A DNA stretch of 64,000 bases from an uncultured Planctomycetota bacterium (lineage in GTDB: Bacteria > Planctomycetota > Planctomycetia > Isosphaerales > Isosphaeraceae). Positions 43,274-53,885 of the stretch are shown one piece after another. The DNA lies in NCBI GenBank assembly GCA_963845755.1, contig CAWJTV010000009.1:288001-352000 (forward strand), given 5' to 3'. Position 1 is the stretch's first letter. Every line of letters starts with the position of its first letter. A program made the translations under genes and the position numbers. The notes under the pieces were generated by a model, which did no database searches, was not told the DNA's origin, and worked only from the letters and a program-made list of their open reading frames with translations.

Positions 43274-44933
43274 CTAACCATTCCCGTACAGGGCGTCGAG
43301 GCGCTGATGGGCCATGGCGAGCCCCGCCGGTAGATCCATCCTGCCTCCGACGACCTCGATGTAGCTCGCCGATTCGCCCGTGGCGGCCCTCGCCAGCGCG
43401 GCGTCCAGTTCGCCGAGCGTGGCGACCTTCGCCGTGAACCAGCCCCGACACCCCAGGGCGGCGGGCAGGGCGTGATAGTTCCATTGGGCGAGGTCGTTGT
43501 AGACCCAGTCGGGATCCTCCTCGAGCGCCCGCTCGACCATGTATCCTTGGTTGTTGAGGACGAAGATGACCGGTTTCAGGCCGTTGCGTCCCATGGTCCC
43601 GACGTCGGCGGCGGTCATCTGGTGCGAGCCCTCCCCCGTGAAGAGCACGGTCCGCCGCGACGGGTCGGCGAGCGCGATACCCAGCGTGGCCCCGGTGGCC
43701 CACCCGATCGAGCCCCAGAGAGGTTGAAGTTGGACCTCCGCACCGTCGGGCAGCGGAAGCGGGACCATCCCGGAACTCATGCTGCCGCTCTCGAGGACGA
43801 TCCGATCCCGTGGCTTCAGGAAGTCCCGAAACCGGGGATACATGTTCACCGCGGTGATCGGGTCGTCCGGCTTCCCGCCGGGCTTGCTCGGCACTTCCCT
43901 CGGCGGCGCCGAGTATCCGAACTTCTTCTTGACCGCACCGGCCAGGCCTTCAAAGACATCGCCCATCCGGACGGGGTTATAGATCCGATCCCCGACCCGG
44001 ACGTGATCCACCCCGATGGTGACGAGCTTCCCGGGATCGATGCGGCTCGTGTAGGCGGCCGTGTTGATCTCGTTGAAGCTGACGCCGCCCAGCGTCGATG
44101 ACGACGTCCGCACCCTCGACCGCCTCGAGGACGGCGGGGGACGAAGCGGCCCCCGAATAGATCCCGACGAACTGGGGATGGGCCTCGGACAGGACCCCCT
44201 TGTCCATCGCCATCGCGGCGAACGGGCAGCCCAGCGCCTCGATCAACGCCCGGAGCTTGTCCTGGAGCTTGAACCGCGAGACCGTGTAGGCGGGGAGGAC
44301 GGCCAGCGACCGGGCGGCCTCGACCCGCTCGGCGATCGCCGCGACGGCCTTGGCCAGGTCGGGGCCGCTGGCGGGCTTCGGGTACGGGGTCGGCGCCGAA
44401 CCGGTGACCGGCGTGACGGCATAGTCGGACGCGACGAGGATGTAGGCCGGCCGGCTCTCCGCCCGCGCCGTGGCGATCAGCCGCTCCATCTCGTGGGCGC
44501 AGTTGTCGGGAGTGATCACCGCCGAGACGCACGCCGCCTGCGCCGAGATGTTCGCGAAGTTCTGGAACTCCCCGTCGCCGAGCGTGTGGTGGACGATCTG
44601 GCGGACCCGCTGCTTGCGCATCGTCGGCATGCCGACGACGTGGAAGACGCACGACCGCTCGGCCTTGGCCCCCATCACGCCGTTGAGCGCGGACAGCTCG
44701 CCGACGGCGTAGGTGGTCATCAGCATCGAACAGCCCCGCACGCGGGCGTAGCCGTCGGCCGCGTACGCCGCGTCCAGCTCGTTGGAACATCCGATCCAGC
44801 GGATCGCCTCGCTCCGCGCGACCGCATCGCAGAGCTTGAATGCGAAGTCCCCCGCGACGCCGAAACAGTCGGTGATCCCCTCGCGTGCGAGCCGCCGGAC
44901 GATGTAGTCGGCGACAGTCGGTTGCTTACTCAT
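43274..44933 (-). CDS. Alpha-keto acid decarboxylase, IpdC/Kdc type (frameshift near 44090)
   Basis: FGVAGDF, SNELDAAYAADGYAR, VGELSALNG, VHHTLGDG, then LWGSIGW, GEGSHQMTA, NNQGYMVER, YNDL. Confidence 0.88.
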
Positions 44934-45181
44934 CGAATACTTTCCTCATGATGAGACATCGTTGCCACGTGACGAACTCCTCCGCTCATTCAACCTTCTC
45001 CCAACTCGAAGCAATCGTGCGCGTGGGGCCAGGGAATCCCCACAAAACGACACTGGCACCAAACTGGCGCGGCGGTCCTCGACATTCTGGAGCACCCCCA
45101 CGCCCTCTCGTCTATTGCCGTATCAAGTTCTCCGGCCGCGGGACCACGAAGAGTGATTCCTGTCACCGCGGAATGCCGCGA

Positions 45182-45634
45182 TCAGTAAGGGACCAGTCCC
45201 GAGGAAACGTGAATGAGCGGGTGGACATCGCTGGCGGCCTTTCCGCTCTCGCGGAGCTTCCATATGATGAAGCTCGTCAACAGCTCGACGGTGAACAGGT
45301 CATCGATCCGGTTCAACTGACGGTCAAACTCCAGATCCCTGAAGTTGGCGTAGGGCATGCGGAGGCGGAGCGCGGTCAGGCCCGCGTCGGTCAGTCGGCC
45401 GTCCCGGGCGAGAATCGGGTCATCCGGGGAGATGGGGTCCGGGAACAACTCGTGGCGCTCGATCTTGATGCTGAATTCACGCTCCAGCCGGAACATGATA
45501 TCCAGGAAGTCGATGGACTCCGCCCCCAGGTCTCCTTGCAAGGTGGCGGAGGGGATGACGTCGTCTTCCTCGACGCCCAGCGATTGCACCAGCACTTTCG
45601 TGACCCGCGCATGGACTTCGTTTGTGTCTGGCAT
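45182..45634 (-). CDS. Long acyl carrier protein, copy 1
   Basis: ATLQGDLGAESIDFLDIMFRLEREF (Ser attachment site). Confidence 0.85.
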   Translation of the reverse strand: MPDTNEVHARVTKVLVQSLGVEEDDVIPSATLQGDLGAESIDFLDIMFRLEREFSIKIERHELFPDPISPDDPILARDGRLTDAGLTALRLRMPYANFRDLEFDRQLNRIDDLFTVELLTSFIIWKLRESGKAASDVHPLIHVSSGLVPY

Positions 45635-45737
45635 GGTCTGGTCCCTTCTCGACAAATGGAAGCGAAAAAAGGCGGCCGCGGTTGTCGTGGACCGGCTTGG
45701 CGGTCCACTGCCCGTCACAAGGTACGCAAGGATCCCC

Positions 45738-46799
45738 TCAGTTCCGCGAACTCTGCTCTGCAAGGGGAGCGGCATGCTCCATCAGGATGCGTCTGACCTC
45801 TTCAATCACGGCGGGATGATTCACACAAATGTGGAGGCCGTGCACGAGCAATTCCGAGGCGACGCCGTCCATATGCGAGCTCGAATAGGGAACGATCCCG
45901 TCGGTGCCCTCAGGCCTGGGTGGGTCACGAAAGTCCGCGATGACCGAATGGGAGCGGACCGAAGTATCAATGCCCAGCTCGCAGAGTCTCAAGAGGAGCG
46001 GGTGCCCCGGGGCAAGCTCGCCGGCGATCGTCGGGAGTTGATCGCGAAATCCGTGAGCGAATATCTCTGGCTCGTTGTTCGACAAGACCACTTCATGGGC
46101 TCGGAAGAAGCGGTTTGGTCGCCAGCAGAGCTGTGTACCAAGCTCCTTAAGACGGCCGCTGGCAAGTGGGCTGCCGCGATGGGGGGTCGCGACGAAGATG
46201 ACCCGGCGCACCTCCGGCACAGGCTTGTAGAAGAACGCCTGATGCAGGAGCTGGCATTCCTCGGTCGGTCCGATGACCTGGTCGATTGGACGCTTGCAGA
46301 CCGTCTGCCAGAGCCCCGGTCCGCTGGTCTGGACCAGCATCTTCGCCAGGATGCCGCCGAGGCTGTGGCCCACGACGACCATTCGGTCGAAGGCCGCGTC
46401 CGTGCCATCGGGATCGAAGACTCGACGCACCCGCCGCAGGGACTGCCGCAGCAAGTGGGCCGAGTAGGGGATCGAGTCGCCGCTCGCATAGCGAACGGTC
46501 CAGAATTGAAACCTCGTTCGGAGTGCAGGGTCGGCCTCGAGGTCCTCGATCATCCGGTCCCAATTCCGCGGGCTGCCCCAGAGACCATGGATCAAGACGA
46601 CCGGGACCTTGCCCCACTCATAAGGCCGGCGCGTCTCGAGCCGGACTGGGTCCTGCCCCGGCAGCTCGTCGCGCGGCAGCAGGGCAGTGGTCCGATCAGG
46701 GTTGATCGCAACTCCGGGCGACTCACCGGCCGCACTGAGTGAGGTCAGGATCAGCACCGCTAAGGCCGCCCAGGAGCAACGAGTCACGGTGATCATCAA
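45738..46799 (-). CDS. Secreted lipase-like alpha/beta hydrolase
   Basis: Signal peptide; VVLIHGLW, GHSLGG, ATPHRGS, DGIVPYSSSH. Confidence 0.85.
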   Translation of the reverse strand: MMITVTRCSWAALAVLILTSLSAAGESPGVAINPDRTTALLPRDELPGQDPVRLETRRPYEWGKVPVVLIHGLWGSPRNWDRMIEDLEADPALRTRFQFWTVRYASGDSIPYSAHLLRQSLRRVRRVFDPDGTDAAFDRMVVVGHSLGGILAKMLVQTSGPGLWQTVCKRPIDQVIGPTEECQLLHQAFFYKPVPEVRRVIFVATPHRGSPLASGRLKELGTQLCWRPNRFFRAHEVVLSNNEPEIFAHGFRDQLPTIAGELAPGHPLLLRLCELGIDTSVRSHSVIADFRDPPRPEGTDGIVPYSSSHMDGVASELLVHGLHICVNHPAVIEEVRRILMEHAAPLAEQSSRN

Positions 46800-46952
46800 G
46801 AGCTCCTTCGGGGTGTTATTGTGCCTCTCTTCGAGGCTCTCGTCGCTTTCACTCTTCCTAAGCGTGACAACCAGTCATCGGGCATGGTCCGGTCGGCCGC
46901 TCCGCCGCACTCTCCCGGTTGTCCTAACGCGGCCTTCGGCTGCAACCCAATC

Positions 46953-47034
46953 GGGATTCCCGATTCGCGATTCCGGATTCCCGAAGGGGAATGATCCGGG
47001 AATCCGGAATCGCGAATCCGGAATTCGGAATCCC
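46953..47034. repeat. Inverted heptamer (GATTCCG/CGGAATC) tandem-repeat hairpin
   Basis: GGGATTCCCGATTCGCGATTCCGGATTCCCG against CGGGAATCCGGAATCGCGAATCCGGAATTCGGAATCCC; 22-bp perfect stem. Confidence 0.8.
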
Positions 47035-47153
47035 CAGATGCGCGCACGGCGCAGCGAGCCTACGGAGGAAGACTCTACTGAGCGTAGCGGGCGGACATCG
47101 GGCGCGGTAGGATTGTCAACGATGTAACCGCCTCTCGGTCGTAAGGTTGCGCC

Positions 47154-47773
47154 ATGAACGACGAACGAACAACCGCCGTGGTCCAGCGCTACCTTGACGA
47201 GCTGGCGGGGGATTCACCCGCCGAGCCGATCGTCCGGGCAATGATGGACCGGGCCGTCCGCCGGCTGCACCTGCTCTGCGCCAGGCTGCTGTTCCGAAGT
47301 TATCCGCGCCTGACGGCCCCCCCCTTGAACTTGCAGGTCGAACGAATTGCTCGGCGCCGTCGCGGAGCGGTTGCTCAAGGCGCGTGCGCGAAGTCCGCCC
47401 TGGGACCGTGCGACAATTGTTCGCCCTGGCCGACCAGCACATGCGCTGGGAGCTCAATGACCTGGCCCGCCGCTTAGATGATCAGCCGGCCGCCGTGGAG
47501 CTGTATGAGGCGCTCGTGCCGTCACCGGCCAGTAGCGGTTCCGGGCTCACCCCGGAAGGCCGCCGCATGCTCGAGGCGATCGGCGACCTGCCGGAGGACG
47601 AGCGCGAGGCGTTCAGCCTGGTACGGATCCAGGGGCTGACGCAGGTCGAGGCCGCGGAGGTGCTGGGCGTATCGATCAAGACGGTGCAGCGGCGCGTCAA
47701 TCGTGCCTTGCTGACTCTGGAGGAGGAGTTGGACGACCTCCGGCCGGCCGGTGAGCCACCGCGTCCACGGTAG
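47154..47773 (+). CDS. Kinase-associated ECF-type sigma factor (frameshifts near 47340 and 47385)
   Basis: MNDERTTAVVQRYLDEL..REVRPGTVRQLFALADQHMRWELNDLARR..LPEDEREAFSLVRIQGLTQVEAAEVLGVSIKTVQRR. Confidence 0.85.
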
Positions 47774-47844
47774 CGATCGGTGCGGGCTCCTGCCGACACG
47801 TCGTCTCAGGGGGAAAGACGGAAGGGTCCTTGGAGACTTCCGCG

Positions 47845-50800
47845 ATGCCGGGCGACCCACGAGTGAAACGCCTGCTTGAGGAGATCCTCGAATCGGATCG
47901 CACACCGGAGGAGGTGTGTCGGGCCTGCCCGGAGTTGTTGCCCCAGGTCCGCCATCGCTTGGGGCGTGTCCGAGCGCTGGAGGCCGAGGTCGAGGCGTGG
48001 TTCCCGACGCCGGGACGCGCCTCGACGCCCGGTTACCCGCCGGACGGAAGGCCCCCTCAGCTCCCCGGTTACGACGTGCAGTCAATCCTGGGGCGCGGCG
48101 GCATGGGCGTCGTCTACAAGGCCCGACACATGCGCCTCAACCGCCTCGTCGCCCTCAAGATGCTCCTCGCCGGAGCCTACGCCGGCCCGCCCGAGCGGGC
48201 GCGGTTCCAGCGCGAAGCGGAGGCGGTGGCGAGCCTGCACCACGCGAACATCGTCGCGGTCTATGATGTGGGCGAGCACGAGGGGTGCCCGTATTTCACG
48301 ATGGAGCTCCTCGAAGGGGGCAGCCTGGCGCAGTCCCTGACGGGCATCCCGCAGCCGGCCCGGCAGGCGGCGGCGCTCCTGGTCACGCTGGCCGAGGCCG
48401 TGCAGGCGGCGCACCGGGCGGGGATCGTGCACCGGGACCTGAAGCCGGCCAACATCCTGCTCACGGCCGAGGGCACGCCCAAGGTCGCCGATTTCGGGCT
48501 GGCGCGGCCCTTCGAGGGAGGTCCGGCGCTGACTTTGAGCGGAGCTCGGATGGGGACTCCCAGCTACATGGCCCCCGAGCAGGTGATCGGGAAGGCGGGA
48601 ACGATCGGGCCGGCCGCGGACATCTACGCCCTCGGTGCCCTGCTCTATGAAATGCTCACCGGCCGGCCGCCGTTTCGGGGAGAGACGGCAGCCGAGACGG
48701 AGCGGCAGGTGGTCCATGACGAGCCGGTCTCCGCCTCGCGATTGAACACGAAAGTGCCGCGCGACCTGGAGACGATCTGCCTGAAGTGCCTGTCCAAGGA
48801 GCCGCGACGTCGTTACGCCAGCGCCGCGGCACTCGCCGATGATCTGAGGCGGTTCGGGGAGGGCCGGCCGATCCACGCCCGCCCCGTGGGCTGGGCAGAG
48901 CGTTCCTGGCGTTGGTGCCGACGCAACCCGACGGTGGCGGCGCTGTTGGTCACGGCGCTGGCCCTGGTCGGGCTGGTCGTGGGCGGCGGGTTCTGGCTGG
49001 AACGACAGCAGGCCGAGCGGCGCGAGGAGACGGCACGACGGGAGGGGCGGCAGTCGAAGGCCGCGGAGGCCGTGCTGGAGCAGGCCGCGGCCCTGCAGGA
49101 GCGGGGCCGGTGGCCGGAGGCGCAGGCGGTGCTGGAGGGGGCACCGAGCCTGGTGGACACCCCGGCACTGGCGGATCTCCGCGAACGCGTGGACCAGGCA
49201 CTCGCCGACGCGCGCATGGTGACCAAGTTGGAGGAGATCCGGCTCAGCCTGCTGGAACGCAGAGCGCTCTCGGGGAATCTCCTTTATGCCGCGGCCTTCC
49301 GGGAGTACGGGATTGCCCTGCCGGCACCGAATCCGGAGGTGGCGGTGGTGCAAATCCGCAACTCGGCCATTCGCGAAACGCTGCTGGCCTTCCTCCACGA
49401 CTGGATGTTCTTCTGGGTACCGCGTGCGGAGCAAGACCCGTTTTGGGCCGTGCTGGACCGGGCGGACGACGATGACTGGCGGCGACGCCTGCGGGCGACG
49501 CTGCTGGGGACTTACGATCCCGGCGAGCGCCATGATCTATTACGGGCCCGGGAAGCTCCCGACCAGCCGCCGCTGATCCTCGGCGGGCTGGCCTACCAGA
49601 TCCTGAATCACGGCACCGAGGGGGAGGAAGCGCGGGCCCTCGTGCGCGAGGCCCAGCAACGCCACCCCGAGGATTTCTGGATCAATCTCCACCTGGGTTA
49701 TATCCTGCTGGCGGAACGCCCCGAGGAAGCCGTCGGCTACTTTCGGGCGGCAGTGGCCAGCCGTCCCGAGAGCAGTCAGGCCCACATCATGGCGGGCCGA
49801 GCACTGCACGACGCCGGCGACACGGACGGGGCCATCGCGGCCTTCCGGAAGGCCATCCCACTCACTTCTGATCTCGCCGGCGCCAGGGACCTGGCCAGGG
49901 CCCTGGCCCGAAAAGGCGGGCTGGAAGAGGCCCGTGCCCTCTGGGCAAGACAGTTGGAAGCGTCTCCTCCGGCCTATGACCCCTGGGACGGCTACGCCCC
50001 GCTTTGCGCATTCCTCGGTAACGAGGAAGCGTACCGCTCGGCCCGCAAGGCCCTCCTCGAACGCCCCAGAGACAGCACCGACCACTGGGTCATGGCCGAG
50101 CGCGACAGCCTGGCCTGTCTGCTCCTGCCGGCTTCCGGGGAGGATCTCCGACGCACGGTCGCGCTCGTGGACCGGGCCGTGACCACCTCACCGAAGGTCC
50201 TTCCTTACAAACTTTACACCCTGCTCATCAGCGGACTGGCGAAGTATCGTCAGGGCCGACCTAAGCAAGCCGTGCCTTTGCTAGAAGAGTCGGCGGCACT
50301 CCTCCCCAACCGCGCCGGTCCGCGGTTGGCGCTGGCCATGGCCCAGTTCCAGTCCGGCGGCCCGGCTGAAGCACGCAAGACGCTGGCTGCCGCTATCCGG
50401 GCCTACAACTGGATGGAGTCCCAGGCGGACCACCCCACGGCGTGGGTCAGCCACGTGCTACGCCGCGAGGCCGAGGACCTGATCCTGCCGGACCTGCCGG
50501 CGTTCCTTCGGGGAGAGTATGAGCCGCGGGACAACGACGAGCGCCTCGCGCTGGTCGGGATCTGTCAGTCCCAGGGCCGCTACCACGCCGCGGCGCGGCT
50601 ATATGCCGAAGCCTTCGCGGCCGATCCGGACCTGGCCGACAGCTTGACCACGGAGTGCCGTTACCGGTCAACGGAAGAGGAACCCTTCTACGAGCGAGTC
50701 GAGTCCGTGAACACGGAACCGCGTTACCTCGCGGCCCGCTGCGCCACCCTGGCCGGCAGTGGGCAGGGGAGGGATGGTGCCGGGCTCGGCCGGGCCGAGC

Positions 50801-52209
50801 GGGCGCGCTGGCGCAAGCAGGCGCGCGCGTGGCTGCGTGCCGACCTGACCCTGTGGGCGAAGACGTTGGACAGCGGTTCCGAGCAGGACCTCGGTCTGGC
50901 CAGGAGGATGTTGACGCACTGGCAGGTCGAACCCGACCTGGCCGGGATACGTGACCTGAAGGCGCTGGACGAGGTGTCCGCGGAGGAGCGCACCGAATGC
51001 TTCGCGCTGTGGGATGAAGTCGGTGCCGTGCTCCGACGAATCGCGGTGCAGGAACGGGCCAGCGTGCTTGACCCGAATCGCGCGGACCCCCGACGGGTAT
51101 TGCCAACCGAGCTGCTGCGGCAGGGACGGCTCGAAGAGGCGCGGGTCGCCTGGCGGACCGCTCTTGAGGGCAATCCGCTGGATCACGACGCCTGGTTCGG
51201 GTATGCCGAGCTCTGCCTGTTCCTCGGCCGGGAGGACGAGTACCGCCGCGCCCGGCGGGACTTGCTCGCGAGGTTTTTCATCACCAAGAATCCGTACTTC
51301 GCGGAACGCACCGGCCGGGCTTGTCTGCTTCTGCCCGCCACGGGGGAGGAGCTGCGTCTGGCCGTCGCTCTTACCCGGCGCGCCGCGGCGTCCGACCCAT
51401 CGAAGGACCCACCGGCCTTCCCCTGGTTCCTGTTCGCCCGGGGCCTGGCGGAATACCGTCAGGGGAAGTTGGACCAGGCCATCTCCACGCTGCGTGGCGA
51501 CGCGTCGCGCCTGGACCGACCCATCACCCGCCTCGTCCTCGCCATGGCGTTGCACCGGGATGGACGGTCGGCGGAAGCCCGGAAGACGCTCGCGGCGGCG
51601 ATCCTGTCCTACGACTGGAGGGCGACTCAGGCGCGCGACCACGATGCCTGGATCTGCCATTTGCTCCGTCGCGAGGCCGAGGGCCTGGTCTTGCCGAACC
51701 TGCCGGCCTTCCTGGATGGAAAGTACCGACCCCAGGACAATGACGAGCAGCTCGCCTTCCTCGGAGTCTGCCAGTTCACAAATCGCACCTGCGCGGCAGC
51801 CCGCCTGTATTCCGAGGCCTTTGCCAGCGACGCACATCTGGCGGAAGACCTCCGCGCCGGTCATCGCTGCAACGCCGCTCGTGCGGCCGCCCTGGCCGGC
51901 TGCGGCCAAGGAGAGGATGCGGCCCGGCTCACCGAGCCGGAGCGGAAGCGATGGCGGGACCAGGCGCGGCGATGGCTGCGGGCGGACCTGGCCGCCTGGA
52001 GCAAGGCGCTGGACGACGGCACCGCAGCGGACCGGGACCTGGTGAGGCGGACACTGACGCACTGGCAGGGCGATCCCGACCTGAAAGGCCTGCGCGAGCC
52101 CGCCGAGCTGGACAAATTGCCTGCCGACGAGCGGAAGGACTGCCTCCAGCTATGGGATGAGTCCGGCGTTGTCCTCAGACGCACCCGGCGAGCCGGTGAC
52201 AGCGGCTAA
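47845..52209 (+). CDS. Ser/Thr protein kinase with TM and duplicated TPR module
   Basis: Intact [52 protein letters not shown]. Confidence 0.93.
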   Translation: MPGDPRVKRLLEEILESDRTPEEVCRACPELLPQVRHRLGRVRALEAEVEAWFPTPGRASTPGYPPDGRPPQLPGYDVQSILGRGGMGVVYKARHMRLNRLVALKMLLAGAYAGPPERARFQREAEAVASLHHANIVAVYDVGEHEGCPYFTMELLEGGSLAQSLTGIPQPARQAAALLVTLAEAVQAAHRAGIVHRDLKPANILLTAEGTPKVADFGLARPFEGGPALTLSGARMGTPSYMAPEQVIGKAGTIGPAADIYALGALLYEMLTGRPPFRGETAAETERQVVHDEPVSASRLNTKVPRDLETICLKCLSKEPRRRYASAAALADDLRRFGEGRPIHARPVGWAERSWRWCRRNPTVAALLVTALALVGLVVGGGFWLERQQAERREETARREGRQSKAAEAVLEQAAALQERGRWPEAQAVLEGAPSLVDTPALADLRERVDQALADARMVTKLEEIRLSLLERRALSGNLLYAAAFREYGIALPAPNPEVAVVQIRNSAIRETLLAFLHDWMFFWVPRAEQDPFWAVLDRADDDDWRRRLRATLLGTYDPGERHDLLRAREAPDQPPLILGGLAYQILNHGTEGEEARALVREAQQRHPEDFWINLHLGYILLAERPEEAVGYFRAAVASRPESSQAHIMAGRALHDAGDTDGAIAAFRKAIPLTSDLAGARDLARALARKGGLEEARALWARQLEASPPAYDPWDGYAPLCAFLGNEEAYRSARKALLERPRDSTDHWVMAERDSLACLLLPASGEDLRRTVALVDRAVTTSPKVLPYKLYTLLISGLAKYRQGRPKQAVPLLEESAALLPNRAGPRLALAMAQFQSGGPAEARKTLAAAIRAYNWMESQADHPTAWVSHVLRREAEDLILPDLPAFLRGEYEPRDNDERLALVGICQSQGRYHAAARLYAEAFAADPDLADSLTTECRYRSTEEEPFYERVESVNTEPRYLAARCATLAGSGQGRDGAGLGRAERARWRKQARAWLRADLTLWAKTLDSGSEQDLGLARRMLTHWQVEPDLAGIRDLKALDEVSAEERTECFALWDEVGAVLRRIAVQERASVLDPNRADPRRVLPTELLRQGRLEEARVAWRTALEGNPLDHDAWFGYAELCLFLGREDEYRRARRDLLARFFITKNPYFAERTGRACLLLPATGEELRLAVALTRRAAASDPSKDPPAFPWFLFARGLAEYRQGKLDQAISTLRGDASRLDRPITRLVLAMALHRDGRSAEARKTLAAAILSYDWRATQARDHDAWICHLLRREAEGLVLPNLPAFLDGKYRPQDNDEQLAFLGVCQFTNRTCAAARLYSEAFASDAHLAEDLRAGHRCNAARAAALAGCGQGEDAARLTEPERKRWRDQARRWLRADLAAWSKALDDGTAADRDLVRRTLTHWQGDPDLKGLREPAELDKLPADERKDCLQLWDESGVVLRRTRRAGDSG

Positions 52210-52816
52210 CGGTTGGCTCGCCGCGGTGTTCGTCATCGGTGGGTCAACTCCCCAGACATCCATCAGTAAATGCCGGCAAAAATGGATTGGTAGTGCAGAT
52301 TACCCTCCGGGTTTCATTGCCGGCGACGATCTCAGACCGGTCCTCGGCACTCTCGATATGCGAGACCTGCAAAGCGTGCACGATGCATATGTGTGGCCTC
52401 TCTTGGTCAATGCGTGCTGCTATAGATGCTTGCCTGATGCCCGCGAGGAGGCACTCGAACCGGTCCTCGGCGCTCATGCTCTACAGTTTTCGGCCTCGAA
52501 TTCTCGTGTGGAATATATGGAACACGTGGAGCATGGAGACCCATCAGGCGGTGTCGGTCGCCGGTCGGGTCCCTCATACTTTGCACATGCGCGTCTATAC
52601 TTCGCACACTCGAAAGCGTGCAAAGTATGCAAAGTATGTGAGGTCCGTACGGGGACCGTCCGTCGATGGAACCGTGCTAGCATCTCTGCTGGTCGCAGGC
52701 CATTGACGAGTGGCCCGAATCGGTCGTTGGCGCGCATGTGCCGCATTCTTGCCCTCCATGGAACTCGATTGTTGTGACAATCTTGCGGGCGGGATATGTC
52801 GCGGAGGCGCACCCCC

Positions 52817-53861
52817 TCAGGGAGCCCCGTGCTCCGCGAGGATCCGCCGGACCTCGCCGATGACGGCGTGATGGTCCTGGCAGAGGTGGCCGGACGAGAC
52901 GAGCGACTCGGACTCCACCCCATCGAGATGGGCACTCTCGTACGGGACCAGGCCGTCGCTCCCGCCGACTGCGGGCGGGTCGCGCCGGTCGGCGATGATG
53001 GAATGGGCCTTGATCGTCGGCGCGAGTCCGAGCTCATCCAGGCCCATGAGGAACGGCGATCTCCACTCCAGCTCGTCGATGCTGGTGGGCAGCCCCTTGC
53101 GGAAGCGCTCGGTGAAGAAGTCCGCGCCGTTGCGGGCCAGGAGCCGGCCGTGCGACGCCCGGAGGGGATCGGGCAGGCGGACGAGCCGCGAGCCCAGGTG
53201 CCCCAGCCCGCCCCGATCCACGCGGCTGCCCCGGTGCGGCGTGGCGATGAACACGACGCGGCGGATCTCCTGCCGGGGCTTGTAGATCAGCGCGGAGCGG
53301 AACAGGTCGCAATCGGCCGGGTCGCCCGCGAGGTCTGCGGCGGGACGATCGCTCATGAGCCGCCACAGCCGTGGCCCGCTATCCTGGACCATCATCTTGC
53401 TCAACAGGCCGCCCATGCTGTGGCCGACGAGGACCATCCGGTCGAAGGCCGCATCCGAGCGATCCGGGTCGAACTTCCGCCGCACTTCATCGAGGTAGTG
53501 ACGAAGCAGCGCGGCCGAATAGGGGAGCGGATCGCCCGTCGAATAGCCGAAGGTCCAGAACTGATACCGGGCGCGGAGGGTCGCATCGTCCTCCAGGTCC
53601 TGGATCATCCGGGCCCAAGACCACGGGCTCGACCACAGGCCGTGGATCAGGACCACGGGGATCCGGCCGCCGCCGGTAGGGCCGGAGGAGCGAGAGCCCC
53701 GTCGGCTCGAACCGAAAGAGACCCGCAACGTCGGTATCCGCCTTCGTCGGTGCGGAGCCCGGCGCCTCGCGCGAGGACTCGACCTTCGACGGCGCCTGGG
53801 CCCGGACCGACGTCGCCGCGATGAACAAGGCCGCGACCGCGGCCGTTGATGCCCGTACCAT
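52817..53861 (-). CDS. Secreted lipase-like alpha/beta hydrolase (frameshift near 53670)
   Basis: Signal MVRASTAAVAALFIAATSVRA; VVLIHGLW, GHSMGG, ATPHRGS, DGLVPYESAH. Confidence 0.85.
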
Positions 53862-53885
53862 GATGATCTCCTCTCGTGTCATTCA

